The translations under genes were made by a program, and so were the position numbers. DNA of 64,000 bases from Trichoplax sp. H2 (Eukaryota). Numbering within the stretch: position 1 is the stretch's first letter; every line of letters begins with the position of its first letter. The stretch spans positions 496,001 through 560,000 of the forward strand of contig NOWV01000024.1 in NCBI GenBank assembly GCA_003344405.1, written 5' to 3'. Positions 13,929 to 27,888 of the stretch are shown here, one piece after another. Under the pieces are notes generated by a model that was not told where the DNA came from, searched no databases, and saw only the letters and a list, made by a program, of their open reading frames with translations.

Positions 13929-16900
13929 AATTAATCTGTAGTTATGTCGATAAAATAGCGAAGTAATTCTCTTAGCTAGCGAACTTTTTGGACAAGGTAA
14001 CCCAAAAGAAAACTTTTCTTGTTTCAATGTGGCCTACTTGAAGTATGAATTGAAAAATTATGTAAACTTCTATATAATTATTAATCGCTAACTTTAATTG
14101 ATTACTAGCTAACATAGTACATTAAAAATGACTTAATCCAAGTATAGCAGACGATATCATTTATATTTTTTATATTTAAAACATTACTATATAGCTAATA
14201 TTTCGTAACTAAAACAGATATTATCTACGTTATAGTGGCGTACAAAATATTATTGCACTAACTCGTGTTTTGTATTAAAACACAAAATATCCTAAATTGA
14301 TCCACAATTATAATCACTATTACGGTATCAATAGCTACTAAATAAAATTGATTTTGTATGTATTTTTGCATGCACATTACGGCTCATACAGTAGTATTGT
14401 AGAACATAGGATTCCTGCTCAATATTTACTACTGAGTATAACATATCTACAGAATAACCAGAATCCAGAGTTATTATACGATTGCTGTGCATATATAGCA
14501 ATACGATAATAACTTGCGAGTGTGATAATAACAACGTCGTAGTACGTCCTCTTTTAGTACGGTATTTGTAGCGTTCTAGGCGTATATAACCACAATCTCT
14601 AACCAACTACATAGCCTGTAGTACAGAACATTCAAGGCTACAATTTGTAATAAACCTTAATTAACTGGCTGTAAGAATTAGCTGCCTGCCCGTCAAGACT
14701 ATACGGAAACAATACTATATTAAAATAAAATTAAATTCACTTAAAGTTATACTGATCACAATGTTCTAAATAACCAGAAGCGAGTGTGCTATTCAGTATA
14801 CTGTACTCCAATATGCACGTCCATAAAGTAAAAATTGGAAAAGTAAAGACTAAGCTAGTATGAATATATATATATAATATATATAAGTAAAAAATAAAAG
14901 CAAGTTAAGAGAATATCACGAGTGATAGGTGTAAGCTAGAAATCTTCAGCACGCATATTTCAATACGACTATTTAAATAATAAAAGCAAGTGTATTCTAG
15001 AATTGAAAATAAATCAATAATACTTAACAAAATGAATATTAAAATATTCTTAAATAAATTAGCCGTAGTAGCTTCTACTGATATTCATTCTCGAAAGTAA
15101 CCCAGTATTAGCATTCAAAAAAAAATAATCACGGAAACTTATCAATACTAAACAAACTCTTACCGATATTTAATTCCTAAAAATAAGTGTGCAGAAAATG
15201 TATAGACTTAGCTGTGGTTGACTACTGTAATTGGATATCAAATTTATTCTAGATCGCTATGACTATCAAAACCAATTCATACTGCATCGACTTATTCCCA
15301 ATAACCGTTTTATACACACAAAAAAAAAGCTATTGTAACCGTGTTAGCCCTTTTATTTAACTAAATAGATATCAAAATAAACCTACATTTTTAACGATCG
15401 CAGATACGTTAAGTGCATTTGATTATACTGATGTTGACAGTAGTTATTACCACTCTTGCTGCTATTAATCTTATTTCGTAGTCCTTTATAGATGATATCG
15501 CAGTTTCTGCATTTTATGCTCTTCTACAACAATACGAGCCAGCTTCAAAGTGCTTGATAGACTTGATAGAAAGAGTTGCCCTTTCTATTGTGCTAGAAGG
15601 TATTAACAGAAATAATCCAATCCTAGTTATCGAACTTTTTACCTTGATTCAATGCGAAAGAAAAGATTCGATACTTTAATATTGTAACTCGATGAAATTT
15701 TTTAAAGTCTACACGTATTCTGAATAGATTGTAACTCGTGTATGAATATTGATTACAGCCAATCAATGATTTTTTTGCGAACAATATTGCTCTTATAATA
15801 TCGGTAATCACGGAGGCTCTGTTGCCTTTGATATTGTCGGTAGAACGTGAAGATAATAAAGTATGCTCTTCTTTCAAAAAGTAAAGTACAATGGTCATAT
15901 TTATAGAGATTATAATATAATTTGTTGTCACCTAAGTAGTTCAAAAGAACCAAATATAGCCTGAATAAAAAAAATCGATTCTTATAAATCAATATTCGGT
16001 ATCGATACATCGAACACTATTATAGTCCAGTAAAAGCCTTAAATGACATTTCTGTCGGTTATTTGGAAGGCAGAATGTATCCGATACGATAGCTTTCACC
16101 TAAATTGATTATAAGGCTAGAAATATAGCTAAAATAAAACGAATATAGTTGACTAACAAAGATGCAATATTTCTGAATGAATATTCTACTCTATTATTCC
16201 AAAAATAAAGCACGAAAATACGATTTTATATCAGCTGTTATAGCCGGTATACCAATTATTGTTGGGTCAGAATTGATGACTTGATTAAAATAAGATCCAA
16301 TGACAATAGAAAGTCTTGGCTAATAGTATACAATAAATAATAAGGGATCATCTCTATTATCTCCATCTCATTCAATGAAAATTTTGAGATTATATTTGTA
16401 CATAATATTTACACTTGGAGAGGTACGGTACTTTGAATTATTACAGTGGTCAAGTTATCGTCATTCGACCAAATGAAAAGGATACTTGCCCGATACAAGT
16501 ACCGGTGCCAATAATTTTTGTGATAACTCACCGCTAAATAAATTCTAGATATTATTTCCATGTACTATTGAATGAGTATAGTATGCCTGTAAATTATCAC
16601 CATGGTCGAGATTAGTTCAAAAATTAAAATCTTATCAGAAAACTGCCCCAAAATTTTCAATTACGAACGATTTTCTCTATTGTTATTCAAGTAACTCTAG
16701 GATAATATAATATCTATATCTCCCATCAAACAATTAGGGTACTACAGTTCAGTTATACTGGTATCTAGCAATGATATCATAATCTAAATTCAGGTAAATA
16801 GCACGTTATAAGGTAGGAATGAGAATACCGGCCTAATAATGCACTATAAATGCTCCACTCTTTTGTAATGACCGAGTAATAGTCTTCTACTATTACTATT

Positions 16901-17469
16901 AGCCACTTACTGTACTACTGTACCATTATTAGCTGAGATCATTATAGCTTTTCGTCCGTCAGTATACACAGAGATAATATTTATACCTCCTGTTTGGATC
17001 ATTTTTGTATCTCTAATATCACTAACAGAGTGTAAATTAATGAAAAATGGAATATCTGTAAGATGAAATTTACTAAATAATGTATTCCTATAATTATAAT
17101 CGAAATGTTTTGCTTTTTAGCTATGAAAACAATATATAGACATCAACATCAGTCATTGTACTTAATATTCTAGCGTAGCCAAAATGATAATTTAAGAAAG
17201 ATAATAGGACGCTATCCTAATAATGTGTCAGAATCAATTTTCTGTACTTATTACCGTGAAATTTAATCTAAAATAAATAGCTACCGCTAAATAAAGTAAA
17301 CGGTATAATATGTATATTGCTAGCCTTGACGTTAGTAAAATATAATTTGAGATCGTATCTTCAATCGGCTATTGGATGAGTATCACATCATTACAATTTT
17401 GCTAGTAATCGAATTTGATGAAAAAAGGTGTAAGACTAGCAAGGACTACTAAAATGAAAGAGAAGAACT

Positions 17470-17729
17470 GACAACGGGTCGTTCATTACACCAAAAATGA
17501 TGGGGCTGGCTATCTAGCTGGTCATATCAACTGAACAGTTTGTCTGAACGATACGCGGCACTATCCGCGATTATCATCCTAGTGGACGGCCGGGTTGGTT
17601 TGTGCAGTGCGATATACTGTTTCAGTGATAGCGTATAGTAGATTGGCCAGAAAAAAATAAGTCTTATCGTTATTTTTACAGAACGGCCGCTTTAGTTTCC
17701 CTCTTTCCTTTTAGGTAGTATAGGTAAGA
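17470..17729 (+). promoter_or_regulatory. GC/CpG-enriched patch; candidate promoter and non-coding first exon of the alpha2delta gene
   Basis: GC and CpG are locally raised (ggacggccggg, acgcggcactatccgcg, aacggccgc) in an AT-rich background. The patch ends in a strong + strand donor AG|GTAAGA at 17724. No coding ORF follows. Assignment to alpha2delta is inference. Confidence 0.4.
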
Positions 17730-20700
17730 GGATTTTTATCAACAAATGGAATCAATGTTCCGCTCCATGATCATTTAACAAGCTCTGAAAAATTATTTAC
17801 ATTTACTGCTTGATAAGTATGATTGCCTGAATTATTATTTTTGAAAATGTTGCAAAAATTAAATTAAATCGGTTTAACTTGTACTTACCTTATTGTAAGT
17901 AATAATACTTTGATAGTCTTATAATTTAAACTATCAATGAATAAACTTATTAATGAAATTAAGACGTTTATTCGCTGTTGTATACAGGCTAGGCACGTTG
18001 AACTATTATTAAATTCAAAATTAATACTTGGGTATAGTAACAGGGGAATTAAAATATAAAGATTGCACATTAAAATGCCAATTTGGGATCCTCATAATCG
18101 TTCATTGAAACCCTACTATCATGTCTTTATCTTCTGTTAAGCAGGATAGTGTATGAAAGTAATAAAATTTAAATTTATTAGAACGTCAAATTAATCGTTG
18201 AAAGAAAAAGCACTATCATTATATCTCAACCAAAACTCGAATTTTCTACCCAAATTCAACTTTTGAATACAACATACAAGTCTTACTACTATATACGACA
18301 TTAAGAGGTCTTAGTTCTGATCAAATTGATCGATAATGGATCATTGAAACGACGTTTTTCTAAATTCTATTCTTGGCTAGACCTACTATATTCACTGAAG
18401 TTCAAATTAATTCATTGTAATATATTCTCATAAGTAATTCTCTCATACATCAAATGAATAATCGATGATCATTAATAATACTGCTGCCTTTTTATGACAT
18501 ATTTTGTAACTTCTAACACAGAGTCAGCTTCATAGAATTCTACTCTAAAGGTGCTACATAATTTATGCTAATGCAATTGCAATGGATTTAACTAATTTAG
18601 GTTAGCCTCAACTTTCTCCACTCTCACATCTACTGTCATACCGGTATCTTAACCCTTAGAAGACAGGATATGAAAGATAGTTTATTAAATGATAGAAAGT
18701 ATCGACGAAAGAGACGAGAAAGAAAGTAATTTATCTTAATTTCTTCGCTTTTAGCAGGATAAGCTTAGGATAATCTTTCATAAAATGGAACGCCATTAAT
18801 AGTTTGTATTAACGAATATATAAATTATATTCTAATTACATCATTCAAAGCCAATCATTTATCTACATTGATTAATAGAAAACTCTCGCTAGTCTAAACC
18901 TTTTTCTAAAGATTTTCTCACCTTTCATTAACCGTTGCACCAAAGCTTGTAAAATGATAGAAGATTTAGCAATAGGGTAATCAATGCTTAGTTTATATAT
19001 ATATATAATTCAAAGAAATAATAACTGCAATCAATAATAAAGGGATTCGTAAATTATTCTCTTTTGATTTGGATAAGACCAGGAAAAATATCGTATTTAT
19101 GGTTTGACTTTTGTAAAAATAATAAAATATCGGCAGTGTCGTATAAGTGATGCTAATTCAACTTCACAAGATGGCGTTTCTATTATAATTATCATTCAGG
19201 AGTAAGAAAAGCCATAGACTCTCTATTGTCAAGATTAAAAATTGCATACCAAATCAGTGATAAGTTCAACTCTTTAACAGGAATAAACACCGATAAGGAA
19301 CATTTCTCGTCGCAAATTATTACTACATTTTTGTGAAGATGTTCATATTTTTATTGTTCAGCTGGCTTTACGACAATAAATTTCCTATAGGAGTAGGCTT
19401 TAATTAATCCTTAATAATTACAGTAAATCAATGTCTGGCTTATAATTAGATTAAATGATACGTTTATTCTACATTCGCATAAGGATAGCTTTGCTAGTAC
19501 AGATCTACAACTTCTATAACTTTAACTTCAGATCCTAAATATCTCAAACAGCTCCTCGTTGTATTATGCTCTCAGCATCTAATGAAAGTAAAATATAAAT
19601 TAGATTTAATATTAACTGACGAAACTGGCACCATATCAAAGATTTAAGAATAGGAACACGGTGGATAATAGATTTGTCTGGACAATTAAGATAAAAAGGG
19701 ATAATACAATAAGTCATAATAGATAACGTCTAGCCTAGCGTCAATTACAGTCATTAATATTGGCTCCATCCGTGTTACTATCCCTTGCTGTTTATCTTTC
19801 AGCAATATTAATATAGTTTTTGAGAGATTAATAGAACAAAATAGATGATAGAAATAGGAATTAGTTACATTTTATTTCGAGTAAGGATTACAAGTAACTA
19901 TTCCGGTAATGCGTATTAAATTATCATTAAATGGGATAATCTAAAGGTAGGTGCAAATTAATGTTGAATTGATAAAATCAGTTTTCATACCCATACAATA
20001 AACGGAGCCGATGGCGATAAGGCATGATAATAGTAGTTAGCTACGATTGCAACTGACGCCAGCGGCTTAGAATTAAAGCTTCATCTCTGGGCCTTGGTAT
20101 AAAATTAATTAAGAGACGTATATTGCTTTCAAGAAAAACCTTATGGTAACATTTTAACCAGCCATTTGGCTTAATTATATCAATAACCGATGATCAATAT
20201 GCGTATAAAATAGATAGGTTTATGAGATATCCTTTGTAAGCTCAATTTAATTCGATCCAATAGTAATCATCAAGTGCGTAAAAAATATGGATATACAGGT
20301 ACAGTAATTAAATACATCTTTATCATCTGCATTGCAGCCTACCTAATGTAATCTCATTATTTACCGATAATCCTCATGTAACCTTCATACTATTACAATT
20401 ACAGTTACTAATACATCTTAGCAATGAATATTCCAGCGAGATTTACTCTATATTCTCGGCATGCCAACAGAATAGCAATACCTATTAATTTTATTCTAGG
20501 TTTGTATCTTTCCGAGTCATGAATTCATTGCAAATTTTATCAGGATAGTACAAGTTAATCATTTATCCCTATCAAAAGTAAGTTAGTAATGTAATCTCAC
20601 GACAATTTAAACCTTGATGAGCTTTTCTTACTCATTACTACTGATAATTCAGGAATCGTTTAGAATTATCATAACTCAGCTCAGAAAAGTAATAAATGTT

Positions 20701-23700
20701 CATGAATACGAAGATTCGCCTTGTTGACCATAAAGATCATTTCATAACATCAATAAATAAAATTTATCTGAAATCTTCATTCAAATGCAGCTTAAAATAT
20801 ACAACATTTCATATGATTAGCATCACCTTCAAATATTAACAATAACAAGATAATGTATGTAACTTCTATTAGGGAAATGAGCTGTATTTTTTAATTTCTT
20901 CCATAGATTTCTAAGCATTTCTCCTAAACATAATTCTTTCATGAAGACAGATGACTCATTCTTGCGCATATACTTAAATGAAAAGCTAAGCATATCAACT
21001 AAATATTTATGTCCTAGCCATAATCGTATAATTATATAAAAGGATCGGTGTCTATGAATAAGACTTAAATTAAAATTACAACTGTTACAGGCCAATGCCG
21101 GTAACGCATCCAGAACTGGTATTGACCAAAATTTCTTAACCATTGGCCATAATATAGCAACTCGTAATGTGTATGTCTCAGCGCAATAATCGTAAATCTA
21201 TTGGCGTGAAGACTAAATTATAAAAGTATGCCATAGCGTAAATTTATAGGAATAGAAAACTGAAAGAACCATAGCCTAGACAATAATGTGTCAGCCAATT
21301 TTTGCTAATACAAGTTCTAGTGATTAATAAACTGTTATTTTATAAATTACTTGAATTACTTTTGATGATACTGATAAAAATCAATGGTGAAGTATTTGTT
21401 AATTATTTTATGCTAAAAGTTAAGAAACAGAAGTTGTGTAGTTTGTCTATATAGCCTGAAGCCACTCATGTTAAATTTTAGGGCTGAATTAGAGCACTAG
21501 TATTCTAATATCATTTCAAAGGTGCATAGAACTTTGCTCTATTCTCTGGCCGTATCACAAGTTCGTGATTATGAACAAGGAATATACGTGTATATTGATT
21601 ATGACCGTTCTAGCATATGTAAAGCAACAAATACCAGTGTGGATTGTATCATCACATGTTTGGATCTATGATATTAGAAGCTAATCAACCATGATTATAC
21701 TAGCTCTCAGTATTTTAAGTCATGCTCTATTTGATGAATTATAAAATCTTGCTAAATAATGAAAAAGAAAAGATGGCAAAGTCTCGGCTTGACAAGGTAA
21801 AACTTAAAGATACTATCACTTTCTATGAGTTTTCTATAGTAAAGTAACAATAGTTTCGTACTAAAAGCTATAAAGGACTCTGTTTTTAGTCCTTTACTAC
21901 AGATCAGTATAAATATTTAACAATTAATGTGCTCATATTTCTATACAAGATAAAGTAATGGCAGTTCAATGACATTTGCAAAATATTAACATGAAAGGTT
22001 AGGTCAATACTTAGGATTTTCCATAATCTTCATCTGATTCTTTCTTAGTAGTAACCGTTTCACCTCAAACGTTTGGGCTATACAATTAAACTACATATTC
22101 ATAATAGTATTTGCGGAAATTAGTCAATTTTTTTTAATTTCATCTAGCAAAGAACAGCAATTAGTAATTATCAAAGTAGAAGAAATATTGTTTACTGTTA
22201 TCAGAAACTAGATAAAAATAAATTAATAGTAAATTGGTGCAAGTGTTTTATTTTGATTCTGAAGTAATGTAATAAAGCCTCAGAAGAGCCAAGCTCTATT
22301 AATACCTTTCCATTAAGATTCGTTATATAATCCCCTTAGTCCAAGATCTAATGGATGAACACTATCATATTTTTGGCATATTATTTTAGTAAAGTGCAAT
22401 AATGCTAAGATTTTATCATAGCAGAACAATAAATTAACAACCAGCAGATTAAACTGTTCAAAAAACAATTATTTACCAATTTTGTAAAGTAATGGATATA
22501 CCGTGCTTTAAAAAAAGAAACTGTAATAACCCAAGAAAATCACTTTCAATAGCTCTTTCTATATATATTTTATTAACTCATCATTCCAATACTTACATTA
22601 ATAAATAAATACGTTGCGGATACAATAACTTATCGAAAACAAGTTCTACTTAACCATTAACCATTATCATAATTTTCTACTAGTAGTTCCTTTTTTGTAA
22701 ATAAGCTTGTAAATAAAATATCAGTTTCCTTCCTAAAGCAGGGGTAATTATTAGCAGACAGGATTAGCCATGTAAAAAAATAAGTGTATGAATTATTTAA
22801 GCGCTTTATGATTATCTTAATGGATGTTTTAATAGAAATGAGTCTAGTAATATATATATAAATATCTTACGAACATGGCCCACTTAATGCAAATATTAGG
22901 CTATACGATTGCAATTACTTTGATCTACCTAAAATTCATCTTTGTTTATCAAGGCAGAAGCCGGTCATGTAAATACATACCGTTAAAGCACAAAATGGGA
23001 TTACACTAGAGATATTGTAGCTAAAAGCCTCTATGCAATTGTAAATACGTACTATGTAAATGCATCATATGTTTACTATCGCAAATATTAAACTTTACTA
23101 GGCTAATTATAAATATGTAGGTAAAATTTATGACTAAGCATTAAATTAGAAGATATTACTTAGTACAGTACTTAACTTTGTTGTTGAATAAAAGGGCTAA
23201 TTAATGATAAAATTTTCATTATATGATTCTTAATTATTCTTCCTTTCGGTTGAATTAAAGTTGAGATATTTGTTATCAAGCAAGTTATACTCAGTTAGTG
23301 TACTAGCAGTTATTCTGATTCGGTTAAGACCTACGTTTGGCTAATCTAAACATAGATGCTGCAACGAAAAGTTCAAATTTACTACGAAAGGTAGGCAATT
23401 TATAGCCGCAGCTTTACTTGCATTGCAATTATTAGGCTGCACTTACGTGAGCTAAATATTAAGTTCAAATTCACATCTAAACATGAGATTAATTAAAGCT
23501 CATAAAGTAGATGCTAGATAAAAGTACAGTCTGAAACGTGACTAGTTATCAATTTATGACTTTTATCATTAACAGTTGCCGTATTCACTTTACAAAAGTT
23601 GAAATATTTTATAAGCCAAACCGTCATAGCCAATGCATCTAACATGCTGAAAAGTCTTTTAAAATCTGTAATTAGTTATTTGAAGACTATAAGTTCAGAA

Positions 23701-23967
23701 GCAAACGCCTACATGCAATGAAAAAATCCTGTACTACAGTATGTGCAGGTGCAGTACTACGTGTTGATGGCAAATATAAAAAGTGGTGATTATAGAGATT
23801 AAATATGAATTCATGTGTAAACATCAAATTAAAGTCATTACGCAGGTGCTTGGCATAAATAGTACATAAAAGTGAGATAGTAAATCTTTTAAACTGGCAA
23901 CATTAGCCGTTATCTATTTAATGAAAGGGGAAAATTTTTAGAAGCCAGGAAGTCTGGGCTAGTGTAC

Positions 23968-24260
23968 TAACGGTACAAAATATCCACTAAAGCCGCAACT
24001 AGCAAATATGAAACTATGGAAGCTAAAGCATAAGGTCTACATGTACCGAAAAATGTGTATCGTATGCTGGTTTAATATTGTGTACTAGATGCAAGTATTA
24101 AATTACATCAGCAGTACGGTGTAAAATATTCACTTAAACCACAACTAGCAAATATGAAGTCATGATTGCTAAAGCAGAAGCCTACGTGTACTGCAAAATG
24201 CGTATCATTAGCAGGTCTAATATAGTGCATTGAATGCAAGTATTAAGTTGAAGCAGCAGT
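23968..24260. repeat. Degenerate tandem repeat, two ~145-146 bp units
   Basis: The blocks caactagcaaatatgaa, gctaaagca and tgcaagtattaa recur at offsets of 145-146 bp (gcaaatatgaa at 24002 and 24148; tgcaagtatta at 24090 and 24235). Confidence 0.8.
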
Positions 24261-27200
24261 TGTCATATAACTTAAATTCGATTTATAGCCTAAACATCCA
24301 ATTAGTGACTCTTATCCAGACGCTTGGTTTGAATATTGGATAGAAAAGCGAGTATTTATCCGATGATAGCTTTCAATGTCAATCTATTATCATTGCATGG
24401 ATCACAGTAGAAATATTTAATAAGCTGGCTAATCTTGCTAAGTCTACTTAGGGTGTTTTATAACAGTCTATTTATAGCCAAGAGTATACTAATCTTATAC
24501 CAATCCGTGCTACTTTACCCTATTGATGGCTAATGAGAGTTGTTAGCAACTCTTCATGTTAGGCTATTGTCATCATCCAAATCAATAACTAGATAACGAC
24601 AATGTATTAATTCCTATTTTTCTGTTGTGTTAACTAGACATCGTCAATAGATAACGATTGTTATGGATATTAATTTATTTTCAATAGTAACTTCTTTATT
24701 CAAGATAACAATAAGGTTAAATTATTTGTTGTTCGACTGTATTGTTGACATCATTAGCCGACGAATTGGATAAGAACTACGATAGAACATATTTTATCTT
24801 GATGAAGTATAGAATAGGAGTCTATGAAATAGAGAGATAAAAGAAAAAGAGTAACGCAGCGTTTTATTACTAGCATTGTAATCACTATTACATTAGTCTA
24901 TTATTTATTCGGATAATTTTACTCTTTTCCTTCACCGTTTATATCAATAACTCCAATAGATATAGTCGCTGATAGGATCAAGCTGGCAATCAGGAGTGAT
25001 TTCAATCAACAAAATGTTGATTTTTGTTAGTTATTGAATTATTGATGATTAAGATCATTATAAGGGGATATTCGAGCGATCAAGTAATCTAATCGACTGC
25101 CCTAAAATTAGATGCGTATCTAGTTCTTTTAGAACTTGGTTTAGATACTCGTATATTATAAACGGCTACCTTCTTACGCGAATAGGTTTGTTATAGCCAT
25201 TTGACGTGCAACCATCAACTTTAATTCGTCTTATCCAAGCTAATCGATTCAAATCACCCGTTACTTTCCATCGTTGGACTACATTTGGACATTTTGAAGA
25301 AAAGGCATTTTTTACTGTTATCTTCTTAACAATCTAGTTAAAACTTTTACACAGGTAAAATTAGTGTAATCGATAATAGAATATGAATAAATAGTTAGTA
25401 AGATAATATAGATAGTATCGATCGAAATTGAAATCAGATTTTATATTGTATCATCTCTAGCTATATTTATCCACACTTTAATATTGAAGCCATGTATAAG
25501 TATTTATTTAACATTCTTTTATCTGAAACATGTTACATTGATACTAAAATTTGTAATGTTACAGTCATCGCCAATTGGTTATTAGACTTAACTTTTCAAA
25601 GTTATCTTTATAATTTCTGTAAAATGTTACTAGTTGAGTGCATGAAATCCGATCTATAGAGGTAGTAGAGTAAGCAATATTTATTGATTATAGTGTAAAC
25701 GATAGTTGTTTTGTCATGGGAAACCTTTTATGATAGCTGTAGCAACGATAAAGACCGGAAAAGTGCTTTAAAGTGATGAGCTTTATTTCATGCCAACGTT
25801 ACTAATAGCCCTAATAGGACTCGATGTATTTCGTTTCTCACTTTAAAAGCCCAGTCACTCCTAGCTTACGTAATGGCAGATACCTTTCTTTCGACGGAAA
25901 GTTTACATAGAAAGCGAAGGTTTAATAATATTAATTTTATAGTTTATAATCTTGAGGCTACTGCTCATTCAAAATGTTCATTTTCAATAACTGAAATGGA
26001 AAAATAAGTTCTGGGCACTCTAATTTTAAAATTAGCTTTTACTGTCAAAATTAATCACAACTACCGAGTTGATTACATCGTCGATCGTAGTAGAAACCTG
26101 TCAAATTTATTTAATATTCTCTACAAAGGTTCAATTATGGTGATGGCTGTACTATTAGTAACAGGGAATTGGAATAAATCACAAAATTTATAACAATATT
26201 TTATCTTTACTTTACCATTTCATTGAATATCAGGTCAATGAAAACTAGAATTGTCAATCTATTTTACTTTTTTAATGTCTACTAATCGTATCGAAATGTC
26301 ACCGATATCGAATACTATTTAAATCATTGTTCAATTAATACCTAAGTGTCACTAATAGTAAGTTCTTAATCCCTACAGCAGCTAACATATTTTAAAATAA
26401 AATGACAGAATAAAACTGACTGTCGAAAGAATATGCTTTTAATTATAGGAAGTTATTGACAATTTATAGTACATTCACTATAAATTCCTTTAAAAGCGTT
26501 AAAATTAGGAGTAGCAGCAGGATAAACTAATCTACCTTAATAAAGAATGTATTAGGCAAAGTAAAACATCGATTTTAGTAATCGATTTTAAATGATCAAG
26601 AAAAGTATATAGATAAGCAGATATTGGCTTAATAGTTTTATGTAGTAAAAGTTGTCATATTAAAAGTATTCAAAAAGGTTTGATATCGATTACGTATGAA
26701 ATTTTAAAAAGTTGGACATTTTCTTTTACATAATGAAATATACATATCCGGTAGAAGCTTCGACAAAGAATGATTTATGACGTAGTGAACAAATAAGTTG
26801 GTAAATAATTTATTTTCAAGTTAGCTAATTGATATTAGATTCCAATAGAGACAAAAAAGTTCTATAGTTCGAAAGATGAAAAATAAATAGAAAGATACTT
26901 GTGGCAATTTTAGATTCTTGTCATCTATAGGGATCATAAATTTTTCGTTGGTAATGATATTTATTTATTCGTCTTTAAGAATAACGAGAAATATTTTTAC
27001 TCCAGATCCTAGAAACAACGGTCGTCCTTGTTGGAAAATAATTATTAGTTAAGGCAATAAGGATACTATCGATCCATCTTTCTCCCAGTTTTACTGTCAT
27101 TACTCATCGTTACTATTAGAGAAATCATCGTTATATTGCATCTTATTCCACAAATTATGTTATCCTATTTCATCTTCATTAACTGGCCAACATTACTATT

Positions 27201-27888
27201 AAATGAAGCTTTTTGTCAAATTGCTATTAAATGATACCCCTTACTCTTAAACATGATAATCCATGCATTCCACTCTTAGAACTTCATCAATTTTGTGGTA
27301 AAGTTTCGCTGTTAATAAAATCCTGACATTAATGCATTTCATGAAAAAGATTTGACCACCAACCAAATCAAAATTACTTTATGCTACTCATGGATTCTAC
27401 TGAGGGACTAATACAACTGTTTTTCTTAACCAGTTTAACGATCATATCATCTTACTACAATTCCTTTGACAAAGGCCTACTTTTGAAAGACAATAAAAAC
27501 GTTGTATATTATGAAAGTTTTAAATTTCAATCTACACCGTTATTAGGAACTCCTAAATAAGAGTAGTGGACTTGCTTGACTACTTTATAAGCTAATCAGA
27601 AGTAAAGATGATAGTTACAGTTATTAAGTGTTTGTACTTCTAGCTGCGATGATTTTTCTGTGTTAATTTTTGCATCGTTAAGAAAGGTTAGATTAAACTC
27701 CTTAAGAATGCTCGTATAAATTATCTCTGTTTCAGTAACAGACAAGGTAATATCGATAATTTTGCGTTGATGTCAAATATTGATGATATTTTTCCTTTAT
27801 ATTTAGTACCTGACCTTTAGGACCCGCTAGACTTAGCGATTGGTGTTAATGTTGACTATGGAAGCTAACTAAATATCCAGAGACTATA

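Noticed and set aside
15480..16010. Several 60-100 aa ORFs between PORCN and the 17.5 kb patch
   Set aside because: No family motif and no phase-consistent neighbouring exons.
20829..21143. 104-aa minus-strand ORF
   Set aside because: No recognisable domain or splice context; probably chance.
23968..24260. CRISPR-like or coding repeat interpretation
   Set aside because: Eukaryotic context, contiguous degenerate units without unique spacers, and a unit length that is not a multiple of 3.
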